A stretch of 63,557 nt of DNA, filler included, from Dicyema japonicum (GCA_011109175.1; 5 parts of 5 records of this genome joined end to end with filler, not necessarily neighbours in it); one strand, 5' to 3'. Positions 26,662 to 39,770 are shown, numbered from the whole stretch's first letter. Translations and numbers: made by a program. The notes: generated by a model not told the origin, from the sequence alone.

Positions 26662-26862
26662 GTAATAAAAACTTCNNNNNNNNNNNNNNNNNNNNNNNNN
26701 NNNNNNNNNNNNNNNNNNNNNNNNNNNNNNNNNNNNNNNNNNNNNNNNNNNNNNNNNNNNNNNNNNNNNNNNNNNNNNNNNNNNNNNNNNNNNNNNNNNN
26801 NNNNNNNNNNNNNNNNNNNNNNNNNNNNNNNNNNNNNNNNNNNNNNNNNNNNNNNNNNNNNN

Positions 26863-27413
26863 CAATATTGTCGACAAATTAATCGTCCTGGATGTGTGTC
26901 CATTCGGGATGGAAGGTTTCGTCAAAGTCATCGAGTTTGTCAAAGCCTTGGGATTCATACAATTTCCATTTGTCGCTAAAAACGCGAATTTAAAGGAAAT
27001 CGCTTCAAAAACTGTAAAATTGAGCGGTGACAAAGTTTCAGTAATTTTGGCTGAAAAATTAGGCAAAACTTTTGGAGATTTTTTTAAAAAAGAAAATAAT
27101 CGAGAAAAATGGATTTTGCTATTTAAACAGTAATTTCGACTCTATAATGAAAAATAAGTATAATTTGGGGATCAGTTTGAAAAAGACTGTCACCGTGGAG
27201 GGATTATTTCCTAACGAAGCATTGTTTTTGGGGGGTGAATTGTCGCCTTTTATGAAGTTTGGGTTTATTTATTTCAGAGGTAAGAGTCTTGATCATCTCA
27301 ATGTTCACTTTCCACGTAAGAGACTTGGTTACTTGCCTAATTCATATCATTCACTGCACGTGGACCAGCCTGATCTGCTAGTCAAGGAAATTATTTATTT
27401 TCTATCAGACTAA
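26863..27413 (+). CDS. ABHD11: ABHD11-like alpha/beta hydrolase, copy A (3' half; 5' end in gap)
   Basis: VDKLIVLDVCP..ALFLGGELS..YHSLHVDQP; frame is open after removing the 22-nt intron gtaattttggctgaaaaattag. Confidence 0.75.
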
Positions 27414-27469
27414 ATTAATTATTATTTTCGATTAACAATTTTATCAGATTTATTTTATTTAAAATCGTT

Positions 27470-27830
27470 CTGGCTAATGCAACCAGTCGGGATTGCCGTA
27501 TCACGTGGAACGTACAGGCAATCCAATCTGCAAAGGCTTAATTATTTTAAATTTTTAAATAAATAAAGGCTACAGGCTTCCCATCACAGCTTGAACCAGT
27601 GGGTCTCAATCGAAGAGAAGGAAAGAGACCTGACAAAATGATCCTTTTCCCATACACATCCGGCAGATCTTTAATCTGGGACGCAACTTGTGTTGACACA
27701 TATTCAAGAACGAACTTTTTAAATCGGTTCAAACTCCGGGAGCAGTTTTCGGTGGGAGGAGAAAATGACGTTGCTGACGTGTTTGCTGAAAGTTATCAAC
27801 CGAGAAGGTGTCTCATCATTAGGGCGATTT
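27470..27830 (+). mobile_element. CRE fragments inside the ABHD11 tandem unit (second copy ~29616-29970)
   Basis: EPVGLNRREGKRPDKMILFPYTSGRSLIWDATCVD. Confidence 0.75.
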
Positions 27831-28609
27831 TTATTTTGACTTTATAAATCGCAATTTTTAACCTAAAAATTGACTTTATTGACTTAAAAAATTAAAATTT
27901 TGACCTTTTTTGACTTTATGATAATTTTATCTACAAAAAATTAATTTTTACAATGAATATAAAGTTCTCTCAACAAATAATGCTCAGGAAGGACACTTTT
28001 CAAATAGTTGAATACATGCAAAAATATGTTGTTTTTCCACTTTTTGATAGAAGGCATTTGATTGACAATTAATTTTGATTCTAGTACTTCCTGATTCCAC
28101 ATAAATTATCTTCGAAATGCAATCTCTGAATGTATTCAACAGCGTCTTCGCGATCTATTGCAATATACTTAGAACATCTTCAATTATCTGACAAATAATC
28201 GAAAAGTTAGCTGCAGAAAACAATGACGACAAGATATTAAAAATATTTTTTGGGATTAGAAATTCTTTCAAAAGTGTATTGACATAATTATGTCCCATAT
28301 ATTCGACAAGCGTAGTAAAGATAGATTATCTCGAATACTCTCAAACAAATCTCGTATGATTTCACTGTTCAACTTATGCAAGGGAATATCGATAAAAGCC
28401 TTATTGACTTTATCGACCCATTTGTTGAGCGTACTGAGTCGCTGATTGAATGCTTCTGTCTTTGGAGGCAAGACATGGCGCATGTTAATGGTCGGGGAAT
28501 CCTATTTATTTATTTAATAAAATATAAATAATTAACATTTAAAATCGAATAATAAATAATATTATTCCAAAGACCACATAAAATATTAATTAACGCGGAT
28601 ACATGTGAA

Positions 28610-29559
28610 ATGAATAAATTAATAAAAAGGTTTAATCACAAAAGTCTAGAGCTTTCATATTCTCATTATAAACCATCTTTGCCACAGAAATACCCCAATC
28701 CAGTTTACATCCACCATGGATTGTTCAGTAATAGAAATAACTGGGACAATGTGGCCCACAATTTGGCTAATTCCGGATTTGAGGTATTCTCATAACCTAA
28801 ATTCCAAGGTTTACACATTCGATTCAAGAAATCACGGGGATAGTCCCGACAATGGTTACATGGATTATCCTATCATGGCCAGAGACATCGAAAAAACCCG
28901 CCAAAAGTTGGGGCATCACAAAGTATCACTAGTGGGTCACAGCATGGGTGGATTAACTTCCATGACCTACTCCTTAGAACACGTATAGTATGAGGATGTA
29001 CAGTAGAGCAATATTGTCGACAAATTAATCGTCCTGGATGTGTGTCCATTCGGGATGGAAGGTTTCGTCAAAGTCATCGAGTTTGTCAAAGCCTTGGGAT
29101 TCATACAATTTCCATTTGTCGCTAAAAACGTGAATTTAAAGGAAATCGCTTCAAAAACTGTAAAATTGAGCGGTGACAAAGTTCCAGTAATTTTGGCTGA
29201 AAAATTAGGCGAAACTTTTGGAGAATTTTTAAAAAAAGAAAATAATCGAGAAAAATGGATTTTGCTATTTAAACAGTAATTTCGACTCAATAATGAAAAA
29301 TAAGTATAATTTGAAGATCAGTTTGAAAAAGACTGTCACCGTGGAGGGATTATTTCCTAACGAAGCATTGTTTTTGGGTGGAGAATTGTCGCCTTTTATG
29401 AAGTTTGGGTTTATTTATTTTAGAGGTAAGAGTCTCGATCATCTCAATGTTCACTTTCCACGTAAGAGACTTGGTTACTTGCCTAATTCATATCATTCAC
29501 TGCACGTGGACCAGCCTGATCTGCTAGTCAAGGAAATTATTTATTTTCTATCAGACTAA
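28610..29559 (+). pseudogene. ABHD11: ABHD11-like hydrolase, copy B, full length but with in-frame TAA
   Basis: HGLFSN..NW, DSRNHGDS and GHSMGG nucleophile elbow. Introns 28784-28808, 28983-29006, 29187-29208, 29403-29423. TAA at 29230-29232 where copy A has TTA. Confidence 0.7.
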
Positions 29560-30758
29560 ATTAATTAGTATTTTCGATTAACAATTTTATCAGATTTATT
29601 TTATTTAAAATCGTTCTGGCTAATGCAACCAGTCGGGATTGCCGTATTACGTGGAACATACAGGCAATCCAATCTGCAAAGGCTTAATTATTTAAAATTT
29701 TTAAATAAATAAAGGCTACAGGCTTCCCATCACAGCTTGAACCAGTGGGTCTCAATCGAAGAGATGGAAAGAGACCTGACAAAATGACCCTTTTCCCTTA
29801 CACATCCGGAAGATCTTTGGTCTGGGACGCAACTTGTGTTGACACATTTTCAAGAACGAACTTTTTCAAATCGGTTCAAACTCCGGGAGCAGTTTTCGGT
29901 GGGAGGAGAAAATGACGTTGCTGACGTGTTTGCTGAAGGTCATCAACCGAGAAGGTGTCTCATCATTAGGGCGATTTTTATTTTGACTTATAAATCGGAA
30001 ATTTATACCTAAAAATTGAATTTATTGACTTAAAAAATTAAAACTTTTGACTTTTTTTGACTTTATGATAATTTTATCTACAAAAAAATTAATTTTTACA
30101 ATGAATATAAAGTTCTCTCAACAAATAATGCTCAGGAAGGACACTTTTCAAATAGTTGTATACATGCAGAAATATGTTGTTTTTCTACTTTGTGATAGAA
30201 GGCATTTGATCGACAATTAATTTTGATTCTAGTGCTTCATGATTCCACATAAATTATCTTCGAAATGCAATCTCTGAATGTATTCAACAGCGTCTTCGCG
30301 ATCTATTGCAATATACTTAGAACATCTTCAATTATCTGACAAATAATCGAAAAGTTAGCTGCAGAAGACAATGACGACCAGATATTAAAATTATTTTTGG
30401 GATCAGAAATTCTTTCAAAAGTGTATTGACATAATTATGTCCCCATATATTCGGCAAGCGTAGTAAAGATAGATTATCTCGAATACTCTCAAACAAATCT
30501 CGTATGATTTCACTGTTCAACTTATGCCAGGGAATATCGATAAAAGCCTTATTGACTTTATCGACCCATTTGTCGAGCGTACTGAGTCGCTGATTGAATG
30601 CTTCTGTCTTTGGAGGCAAGACATGGCGCCATGTTAATGGTCGGGGAATCCTATTTATTTATTTAATAAAATATAAATAATTAACATTTAAAATCGAATA
30701 ATAAATAATATTATTCCAAAGACCACATAAAATATTAATTAACGCGGATACATGTGAA

Positions 30759-30992
30759 ATGAATAAATTAATAAAAAGGTTTAATCACAAAAGTCTAGAG
30801 CTTTCATATTCTCATTATAAACCATCTTTGCCACAGAAATACCCCAATCCAGTTTACATCCACCATGGATTGTTCAGTAATAGAAATAACTGGGACAATG
30901 TGGCCCACAATTTGGCTAATTCCGGATTTGAGGTATTCTCATAACCTAAATTCCAAGGTTTACACATTCGATTCAAGAAATCACGGGGATAG
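30759..30992 (+). pseudogene. ABHD11: ABHD11 copy C, 5' fragment truncated at a single-N join
   Basis: Identical to 28610-28843 (offset 2149). Confidence 0.7.
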
Positions 30993-30994
30993 NA

Positions 30995-31380
30995 AGAGTG
31001 GATTCATTAGAATTATGGTGCTGGCGTAAACTTTTGAAGGTAAATTGGTACGACAAAGTACCAAACAACAAAGTTCTTGCAAAAATTAATCCACCGTTGT
31101 CGCTTGTAGCGAAAATATGGAAACAACAATTATCTTACTTGGGACACATACTTCGGGGGGACGGCATAGAAAAGTTGATCTTGCAGTCTTCGTTTACCGG
31201 AAAGAGAAAGCAAGGAAGGCCAAAATTAAGTTGGTCTTCGCAGGTCGTTAAAATAGCCGGACATGATTTTCTCGAGATTGTAAAGCTCGTCAAGGACAGG
31301 GTTTCGTGGAGGAATTTGATCAACAGAATCGCCAATGGCCGGAATCGGCTGAATACGGCTAACTTAACTTAACTTAACTT
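30995..31380 (+). mobile_element. RTE (BovB-like) LINE 3' end with (AACTT)4 tail
   Basis: LELWCWRKLL..YLGHILR..GKRKQGRP..W..DRVSWR; pentamer tail at 31361-31380. Confidence 0.85.
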
Positions 31381-31849
31381 ATATCGTTTTTTAGTGCTAA
31401 GAAGTGATGAAAAATTTGTTTTTCAACATTCAAAGGCTAAGTTTGGGCCTAAGGATTTATATTTTTCGGTTCCTTTCCGCGATAGTCCTCAGAAGATGTG
31501 CCAATTGTCAATTCAGGCACTCCATTTGGACAACAAGAACGCAATTCAAAAATATTATGAAATTATAAAATTGTAAATTAATTCTACATATAAAATAATT
31601 TTAATAAAAATATTAATATTCCATTTTAGTGCAAATTCAGCTAAAAATGAGGAGAAAATCGCCCTTATTTCTGACTTTTCCTCATATATGAGCCGATGTG
31701 TCAACAACGAGACATTCGAAATTCATTCTCGTCATATGGCTTGGACAATGCTCTCCCAAATATCCACCAAAGTCGATATTTTGTCTATTTTTAGGAAATG
31801 GACGTGAAGGACGCCTGTGGAATAATCATGTCCGGTCGGAAGGAAGTTT

Positions 31850-33510
31850 CTTCTTGGACGGCAAGCGAATCCACGAGCCAATCCCCGACCAATTTCATAG
31901 ACAGGTTGATGGAGAACAGTCCAAATGTTGAGAACCGCTGATCTACACTACAACAAATGCGAGATAGGCGGGGTTAAGCTAGAGAGGGCATATTACAGGG
32001 CGACAGCATGTCTCCGTTGCTGTTTGTCCTCTGCCTAGAACCGTTGAGTAGAGTCCAGACTGCCCAATTCGAACAAATGTCGATCGAGCATGATGGAGGG
32101 TGTTTTAGTACCAACCATCTCATGTTCATAGACGACATTAAACTGTTCGCTCGGTCTTCAGAGATCCTCCACTCGATGGGCAAAGCCTTGGAAGGTTATA
32201 TGAAGGCCGTGGGTCTGGAGCTCAACTACAACAAGTCGGCGACTAACACCCCTGTGTGTGGTGATCTAGTCAAAGTCTTGGAGGAGCACCAAGGGTATAA
32301 GTATCTTGGTGTGGTTGAGAGTCCAGCCTCATTAATCACACCCGAAACGAGAAAGTGTGTAGTGGAGGGTGTGCGTAGTAGGGCAGCAATGTTGTGCAAA
32401 ACTCGCCTCAATGCACGGAACTTATTTCATGCCTTGAACGAGTACGCGATTTCACTGCTAAACTACTACGTTGGCCTGATCGAATTCGAGCCGAGTGAGT
32501 ACGATGAAATGGACCTTATTGTCCGAAGAGTACTCCGAGAGAATCACGTCCACGTGTTGGCAAGCAATAAGGAGAGATTATACTTGTCTCGCGGACAGCT
32601 AGGACGTGGACTGAGTAACATCGTACACTTAAGTGAGCGAATTCTGACTAAGATGCACGACACCTTGTGGAGTGGGTCAAGTGTATCCCAAAGGAAGGCT
32701 GCCATCCTTGCTGTTGAAAAAGCGCGTGGTACACACCTTGGGACCATACAAGGCTACGTGTCGGCTAAGTATGGTTTGGGTGCTACCCAAGTTAATGTGA
32801 AGGAGTTGATCAAAGTTCAAAGGGAATCACTAATAAAAAAGATCAACTTAAAAGTCCTTCACAAGACTCTCTTTAGCAGCCTGGACAACGCACATTGACG
32901 TATCGTCGTCATCAACGTGGCTGAAGTATGGGAATAACTCTCCCCGATCAGAAGGGTTATTCTCATACTTGCAGGATAGAATTTTTTTATTGGTCAACGG
33001 AGACAGTGTAACCACTGTAAAAGAAGGCAATGACCGTTGACCATTTAGCCACGAAGTGCGGGAGTATGCTTTACCATGATTACACATGGAGGCATAACGA
33101 GGTGATAAGGTCCCTCCATCTTATGCTATGCAACAAGTATGACTTGACGCGGTCCAGAAAGTTACGAACCCATCATCGGTGTGTGAGAACAGGAAGGTGT
33201 GCATTAAGGTGGATACCCCAATACAAACTTCGATTGTTGTTCAGTATAACAGACCGGACATTGTGATCTACAATAAGGTCACCAGAGAGATTGTTATTGT
33301 GTAGGTGAACATCATGTGCCTAGATCGTTTGCAGACAGTGAAAGTGGAGTAAAGGAAAAAGTATGACCTCCTCACAAACGAGCTAGACTGATGCATTAGT
33401 GTAAAGTCCATGTCATTTCGTGTGAGATGACATGGGATGGACTGGTCACCAAATACCACAAGGGGTACAGTTGGGTGTAGATAAGTCTCTACAGGCTTAT
33501 ATGCAGTCAA
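31850..33510 (+). mobile_element. R4/Dong-like RLE retrotransposon (family B), truncated and frameshifted
   Basis: GILQGDSMSP, HLMFIDDIKL, YKYLGV, TVDHLATKC..RHNEV, NRPDIV. Confidence 0.9.
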
Positions 33511-33572
33511 TTTTAGGTTTAATTTATAAAATGTCGTAGTTTCTCAATAATATCCCTTTCCATCATTTAAAT

Positions 33573-34250
33573 CAGGGGTCGGCAAATAGCAGCCGCGGGC
33601 CAAATGTGTCCTGCGAGTAATAAAAAATGGCCCGCGAAGATCAAAGATAGTTTTAAAACGAATTAAGCCATTTACAGAAGACAAATTTATCCAAAAAACG
33701 CCTAATTCTTGTTGCAGAAAATCTATTCCCTACCAAAGAAAAACATTTTTGAATCTATCTGCTTATTTCTACGAACTGTCACTAGAAGAGTTGAAGAAAT
33801 GTCATTGGATTTAAATTTCTCTTTAAAAAACGTTTTGGGGGTTTTTATTGCATTGGATACTACACCTTTTGGTATCAAATATCTGAACTGTGATGTCAAA
33901 CGTCATTATTGTAATACTGAAAGAAGAGATACTTCTCAACTTGCCGTATTTGTACAAAAGATAATTACAATACTCCAAATTTTTGAAGAATTTGCCAGTC
34001 ATTTTAATCATGGGTTTAAAAGAATCTAATCTCCCACTTCCGGAATTTGTTGGAATTAAGACAGATGTGGCTCCTTCTATGCTTGGGAACTAAAAAGGAA
34101 AAATTGCATTACTCCAAAAAGAAATAGAAAATTTTGGCATTCAGCACAATTTGATCAACATTCACTTTTCATCAAGAGTTTCCAAATCCAAATCAGCTTC
34201 GCATCTCAATGACCTCAATTTGTTAGACGATACTTTTTTCTCAAAATCAG
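33573..34250 (+). mobile_element. hAT (SPIN/Buster/Charlie-type) left end plus transposase remnant
   Basis: CAGGGGTCGGCAAA..CCGCGGGCCAAAT terminus preceded by the nnnTAnnn site ATTTAAAT; RTVTRRVEEMS..IALD..DTSQLAVFV. Confidence 0.75.
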
Positions 34251-34499
34251 CGTACGTGTTTTGTACGCAAGTAACTTTTTTGCAAGTATGGAACTGCATA
34301 TTTTACTCTATCCGGTATCCTCTCTGAAGTGTATTTTAGTACTTTTGGAGAGTGAAGTCTTTTTTCCTTTAGATTCCTATAAAACTTATTCTATTGAGTT
34401 CGACTTTATATATTTATATGAAAATTTCATCCAAAAATATAATTTCCTAACGAACTTTAACATTTTTAGTGATTATATTGTAAAAATAGATTTAGTGAT

Positions 34500-34660
34500 A
34501 CAGGTAGCAAACACTCCATCTAAAAGGAGGAGAGAGATCTCCAACAACAGAGAGTGAAAATCTTAATTAAATAGCATAACCTTAGTTAAATTGTTGATTT
34601 AAAAATATATTTAATTTCTAGAATATTTAATAAATTGTCAACCAAAAAAATAAAACAAAC
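34500..34660 (+). mobile_element. Isolated 3' end (ORF end plus UTR) of family-A R4-like element
   Basis: Nearly identical to 37280-37350, then continues with an AT-rich UTR and A-rich tail. Confidence 0.7.
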
Positions 34661-34889
34661 CTCTCTTTTAGATCGCATGAGCAAATCTCTATACTCAGCA
34701 TCAACATCCTCGAGAAAATTCTTAAAATCTATATTATAGATTTTAATGTTTTATTATTGTGACAGGTTGACAACGTGCCCCGGTTGACAACGAGCCGTTG
34801 CCGTAAAATGCCGTAAAAAATCATTAAGCCGTAAATCGATTAACCTCCGGCAGATTTAAAAAATACTTAGTTATTAATAATACGGCCAG

Positions 34890-37350
34890 TTTATGATTTT
34901 GTGGATGTGAGGTCTACTGGGGGTGAAACTATGCGACCTCAATTCACAAGTGATTTTATTATGGATATGCTCAAATATGCACCTGACTGGAAGGCATGCG
35001 GATGTGACGGAACGTATAACTTTTTCATAAAGAAGATGGATTCTTTGCATGGGTTTCTGTGTAAAGAGATAGTCCGAATAATTAACGGAGATACACGCCT
35101 GATAGCTGGTTTTACACTGGGGTAACTTACTTGATCCCAAAAAAACGTGATTGTGAGACCCCAAAGGACTTACGCCCTATAACATGCATGCCGACACTTT
35201 ATAAGTTAGTTACCAAGTGTGTTAATGGCAAACTATCCGAGTTCGTGGATGCATTTGGCTTAATTTCCGACAATCAACTTGGTACGAGGAGACAGTGTCA
35301 GGGTGCTAAAGAGCAGGCCCTTATTAACCAGTGCCTAAATAAAGAGTATGGAAATGGGCTATACTCTGCATGGGTTGATGTCAAGAAGGCATTTGATTCT
35401 GTTGACCATGACTTTTTATTTCATGTGATGGATTGTTCGGGATACCTGTTTGGATTGTAAACTTTGTGAAAAGTATTGTACAAATGTGGACTGTGAAGCT
35501 CCATATTGACGGAAGAAGAATTGGTTCTGTAAAGCTGGGCCGGGGAATTCTACAGGGGGACTCATTATCCCCACAACTATTTGTTATGGTAATGGACCCT
35601 CTGAGCAGGATCCTTAATTCCATGTTTCCGAAAATCCAGATTAATCAGGAGGACCCAAATATGCTGTCTTACTGTACGAATCATTTGTTCTTCATTGACG
35701 ATCTAAAGATATTCGCCCTTAAAGAACATGTATTAATTAAAATGATGGAAGCTGTTGATGGATTCTTCAAAGTTGTTGGTTTGGAGATGAATTCAGAAAA
35801 GTCAGCGTCTAATGTTAAATCGTTATCTTGTTGTGAGACGTTGGAAGGAGTCAAAGGATATCGTTATTTGGGTGTATTTGAGGATGGAGGAAGTAGGGTC
35901 CTCAAGAATAAAGTTATGGACTCTATACTGGAGAATGTCAAGAAGAGGATAACAATGCTGTCAAAAACAAAACTGAATGCTGTGAATTTGTTTCGTGGCA
36001 TCAATGAATATGCATTATCCCTATATAATTATTATATCGGGCTAATCAATATCGAACCTTACGAATTTGACGAAATACGACAACTCCTAACGACTCTCAG
36101 ACTGCATCTTAAACCTGCAAATAAAGAGAGGTTATATCTAAACCGGAAGTCTTTGGGGAGGGGACTTGCTTCGGTTTCTTTCAAGAGTGAACTGATGCTC
36201 CTCCAGTTCCTGAAAAGTTTAGAAAGACAGTCGACAGTATGCTTACGGAGGTCGGGAATCCTGCGAGTGATAAAATCAAATAAATGGCACTTAGCTACGA
36301 TTGCAGGATTTCTCGCCTCCAAGTATGCAGTTCTCGACATGGAGAATATGGATGTTGAGTTTATCCAAGATGCTCAAAGAAAATATTTGCTTAAAAACAT
36401 CAATTGTAAAGTGCTACATTCGGTGTTTTTCAAATGTATGGAAGAACAAAATGTTGACCTAGCCACGTCCTCAGAGTGGTTATCCCAGGGAAACAACGGT
36501 CCGCGGAGTGAGGCATTGTACTGTCTCTTGCAGGACAGGAATTTATTTTTCGCATCCATGGGGTCATTATGCAATCACTGCAAAAAAAGCAGGAAAACTG
36601 TCGATCATTTGGCCACCCGGTGTGGTAAAATGTTAAACAGTGATTATCTTCGAAGACACAACGAAGTTGTAAGGTGTATCCATCTACATTTGTGTCGAGT
36701 CTATGGTATTAAAAATGGAAAAAAGATAAAGGCTCACTCGGTTCAGTCTATAATATCGACGCAGAATGTTGAGATCCGAGTTGATATGTCAATTATGACA
36801 GAAACAAAAGTTCAATACAACAAACCAGATATTTTTGTCTACGACAAAATGAAGCACGAAATAACTTTAATCGAGGTGGGCATTACATCACAAGACCGCC
36901 TCAAACAAGTCGAAATCGAGAAAGTCCACAAGTATGATCTACTGGCAAATGAACTTTCGATACTCTATGAAGCACAGGTGAAAACTATTCCGGTGGTTTT
37001 GACGTGGGATGGAGTTGTCTCGAAATGCTTTAAATATTACATGGATAAAATAACCATTGAAAAAGCAACGAGAACTTACATCCAATCCGTTGTACTCAAA
37101 AGAACTCTCGAAAGTATGCTAATTGAACACAAGCATGGGATGAGGGTATCTGGTGAAGAGTACGCCTCTGCTACCCACCAACTTGTCGAACTGGCATGCT
37201 GTTGGGACACATCAATTGAACCTACGAGACATATGACAACTTTGCCCGGCGAAGAAAGAGAGAGCGAGGAGAATGAGGAACAGGTAGCAAACACTCCCTC
37301 TAAAAGGAGGAGAGATCTCCAACAGAGAGTGAAAATCTTAATTAAATAGC
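34890..37350 (+). mobile_element. R4/Dong-like RLE retrotransposon (family A), 5'-truncated, RT plus CCHC plus endonuclease
   Basis: LRPITC, DVKKAFDSV, GILQGDSLSP, HLFFIDDLK, CNHC..DHLATRC..RHNEV, YNKPDI..IEVGITSQD. Two frameshifts precede the 638-aa ORF. Confidence 0.92.
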
Positions 37351-37366
37351 GTAATAAAAAAATAAT

Positions 37367-37486
37367 AAATGTACAACATTTTTGTTCCCAGGCCAGTCAC
37401 CCAGCCAAGTACTAAAACAGCCTGTAATCGCTTAACTTCCGTGTTCGGATGGGAACGGGTATTTACGACTAAGTATGATCGTACGA
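37367..37486 (-). rRNA. 5S rRNA gene or pseudogene
   Basis: Minus strand reads ..GTACGATCATACTTAGTCG..GAAGTTAAGCGATTA..TTAGTACTTGGCTGGGTGACTGGCCTGGGAAC..GTTGTACATTT. About 120 nt; helices I-IV can pair; downstream T-run is a likely Pol III terminator. Confidence 0.85.
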
Positions 37487-37519
37487 CTACATACAACTTC
37501 TAGTCTTCATTACTGATCA

Positions 37520-38458
37520 TCACTCTTTTTTTACATTGACATTATTAGACAATCTGACAACCCGAACTGATGCAACTTGCTCCTGGTGATATGACGTGTG
37601 CACCACCTCGAACAGATTTACCCATTCAAACTAATCATTCTAGGGAAAGAGGCAGGCCACCCGCGTCACAAGACCGACCCTCGGATGGCAGGACGCAATC
37701 CGCGCCATCTGCGAGAGTATTGAGTGCATGGAGCAGCATCAATGGGCAAGGCAGGCAACCTCCCAGGTGTTGGGCAGGTTTACAAGAATGCCCAGAAATG
37801 GTTAGCCAAACTTAACTGAGCTCTTCAACAGCCGTTCAGTGCATCCCTGTCCGTTGCCGAGTTCAAAAAGTTGGCGTCCCATAAAAAACTGGTGCTCCGA
37901 GGGGGAGGAGCAGCCAACCGGTAACTGGAGGCCCCCCGTGCAGTGTAGTGCACGAGCACCAGAGTTGTGATTTATCACTACTCAAACATGTGTACGAGGT
38001 TTTCTCTCGGAATCTCTCTGCCTTTTCGTTGGTCCCCCTAGCGGACCGCAGAGTGACCCGAAAGATACCTGCGTGTAAGGTCAGTGGTGGAGTACTGACT
38101 GGTATCAACAGGGCCATTTCTCACCATTTGGTGAGTAAGCGGCCAGAGTCTCTAGAGGAGATTTCTCTCCTTTTGTATGTGGCTCAGGTTACCTATGAGG
38201 AATTGACGGTTAATCCCAGACAACCTAGTAAGTGGAAGGACAATATCGCTGCAAAAGATTGCCTCGCGAGAGGTAGAGCTGGAAGCACTGATGGGCACAT
38301 ATCGAATGTGAGAAACGGGGTCAAAGGCAAGGCTCCCCCTTGGTGCGTACCGCCTACTTCACCGCTACAGGGCCGCTAAGTGGGACCTGAATGAAATTGC
38401 AAGGGCACAAAGGCTGAGGTAGAAGAGTCAATTCTTGTTTACAAGAAGAAACTATCTA
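37520..38458 (+). mobile_element. 5' region of family-B R4-like element, interrupted by Tc1 at a TA
   Basis: Homologous to 3850-4330 (minus) and 43600-43950; ISLLLYVAQVTYEEL..KWK. Confidence 0.7.
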
Positions 38459-39770
38459 CAGTGGGGCAAAAAAGTCATGGAACGCTTGCACATTTTGACT
38501 AAATTTAATAATTCTCCTCAAAAAATAATATTAAATACTGTAGTTTAAAAATGAAATTAGAAATATAAGACATTCTAGATTAATTGTTGAAAAAACTATA
38601 CTAATTTGAGTTATTTATCCTGCAATAATTAGCGATTTTTTTGAAACAATCAATTTATTGAAGGAAAAAAGTCATGGAACGAAATCAAATTAATATTTAG
38701 TTGCACTCCCTTTTGCTAGTAGTACTGCTTCCAATCTTTTTTGTAAGGATAAATAAGCTTCTGACATTCAAATGGAGTAATATTTTCCCATTCTTCATAG
38801 CAAATTGTTTTCAATTCGTAAATGTTTGTTGGTTTCCTTAAACCAACTTTCATTTTTAAAAATTTTCCATAAATGTTCGATTGGATTGAGGTCTGGTGAT
38901 TGACTTGGCCATTCCAAAACATTTATTTTGTTCCTTAGTAACCATTCAACAGTCATTTTTGACTTATGTTTTGGGTCGTTGTCATGCTGGAATGTCCATT
39001 GTTGTGTCAAATTTAATTTAGCGACCGAACGAAACAGGCATTCTTCCAGGATTTCGCAATATTTGAGCGAATTCATTATTCCATCTATTACAAATAATTC
39101 ACCGACGCCTGTTGATGAAAAACAGCCCCACAGCATGATACTTCCTCCCCGTGCTTTATGGTAGGCATGGTGCATTTTTGGTTATACGCCTGATTGGATT
39201 TACGCCAAATTGAAGGCGTGTAGTTCAGTCCGAAAAGTTGTATTTTTGATTCGTCCGACCATAAAATATTGTTTATGAATTCATTTTCTTTATTTAAAAG
39301 ATATTTGGCATATTTAATTCGTGCAGAAATGTGTATTTTCTTTAATAACGGAACACGACGGGGCCTTCGTTTATTGATACCTTCATTGCGTAGTGTAGAA
39401 GTAATTGTACGAAGGGATACTAATGTTCCTGCGATCCTTAAATCATCAGCCAATTCTTTTCGAGTAATTCTTGGTTTTTTACCGACTATTCATTTCATTA
39501 ATGAGCAAGAACGTCGAGTTATTTTCTTTGGAGCACCTGATCTTGGTCGATTCAGAAGAGTTCCGTCTTGTTTCCATCGGGTAATAATATTCCAAACAGT
39601 ACTTTTTGGTAATATAAGCAACTTAGAAATCTCTCCATAACTTTTACCTCTTTGGTAGGCCGTTACAACTTGTTGTTTTAGGTCCAAAGAATGCTCTTTT
39701 CTCGTCGACATGATAATTTTAATAACAAGCGAAAAATGAAAGTGTTTATTACTAATGAAGTTATCAAGAG
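38459..39770 (-). mobile_element. Tc1 (DD34E) IR/DR-type transposon, one-ended and inactivated, copy 1
   Basis: TA|CAGTGGGGCAAAAAAG terminus; AAAAAAGTCATGGAACG direct repeats at 38468 and 38665; WSDESK, HDNDPKH and SPDLNPIE with 34-residue D-E spacing; stop and frameshifts present; left TIR absent. Confidence 0.92.

Noticed and set aside
29221-29240. Programmed frameshift at TTTTTAAAAAAAG or TAA reassignment in ABHD11
   Set aside because: A 22-nt intron explains the frame change, and TAA terminates other genes.
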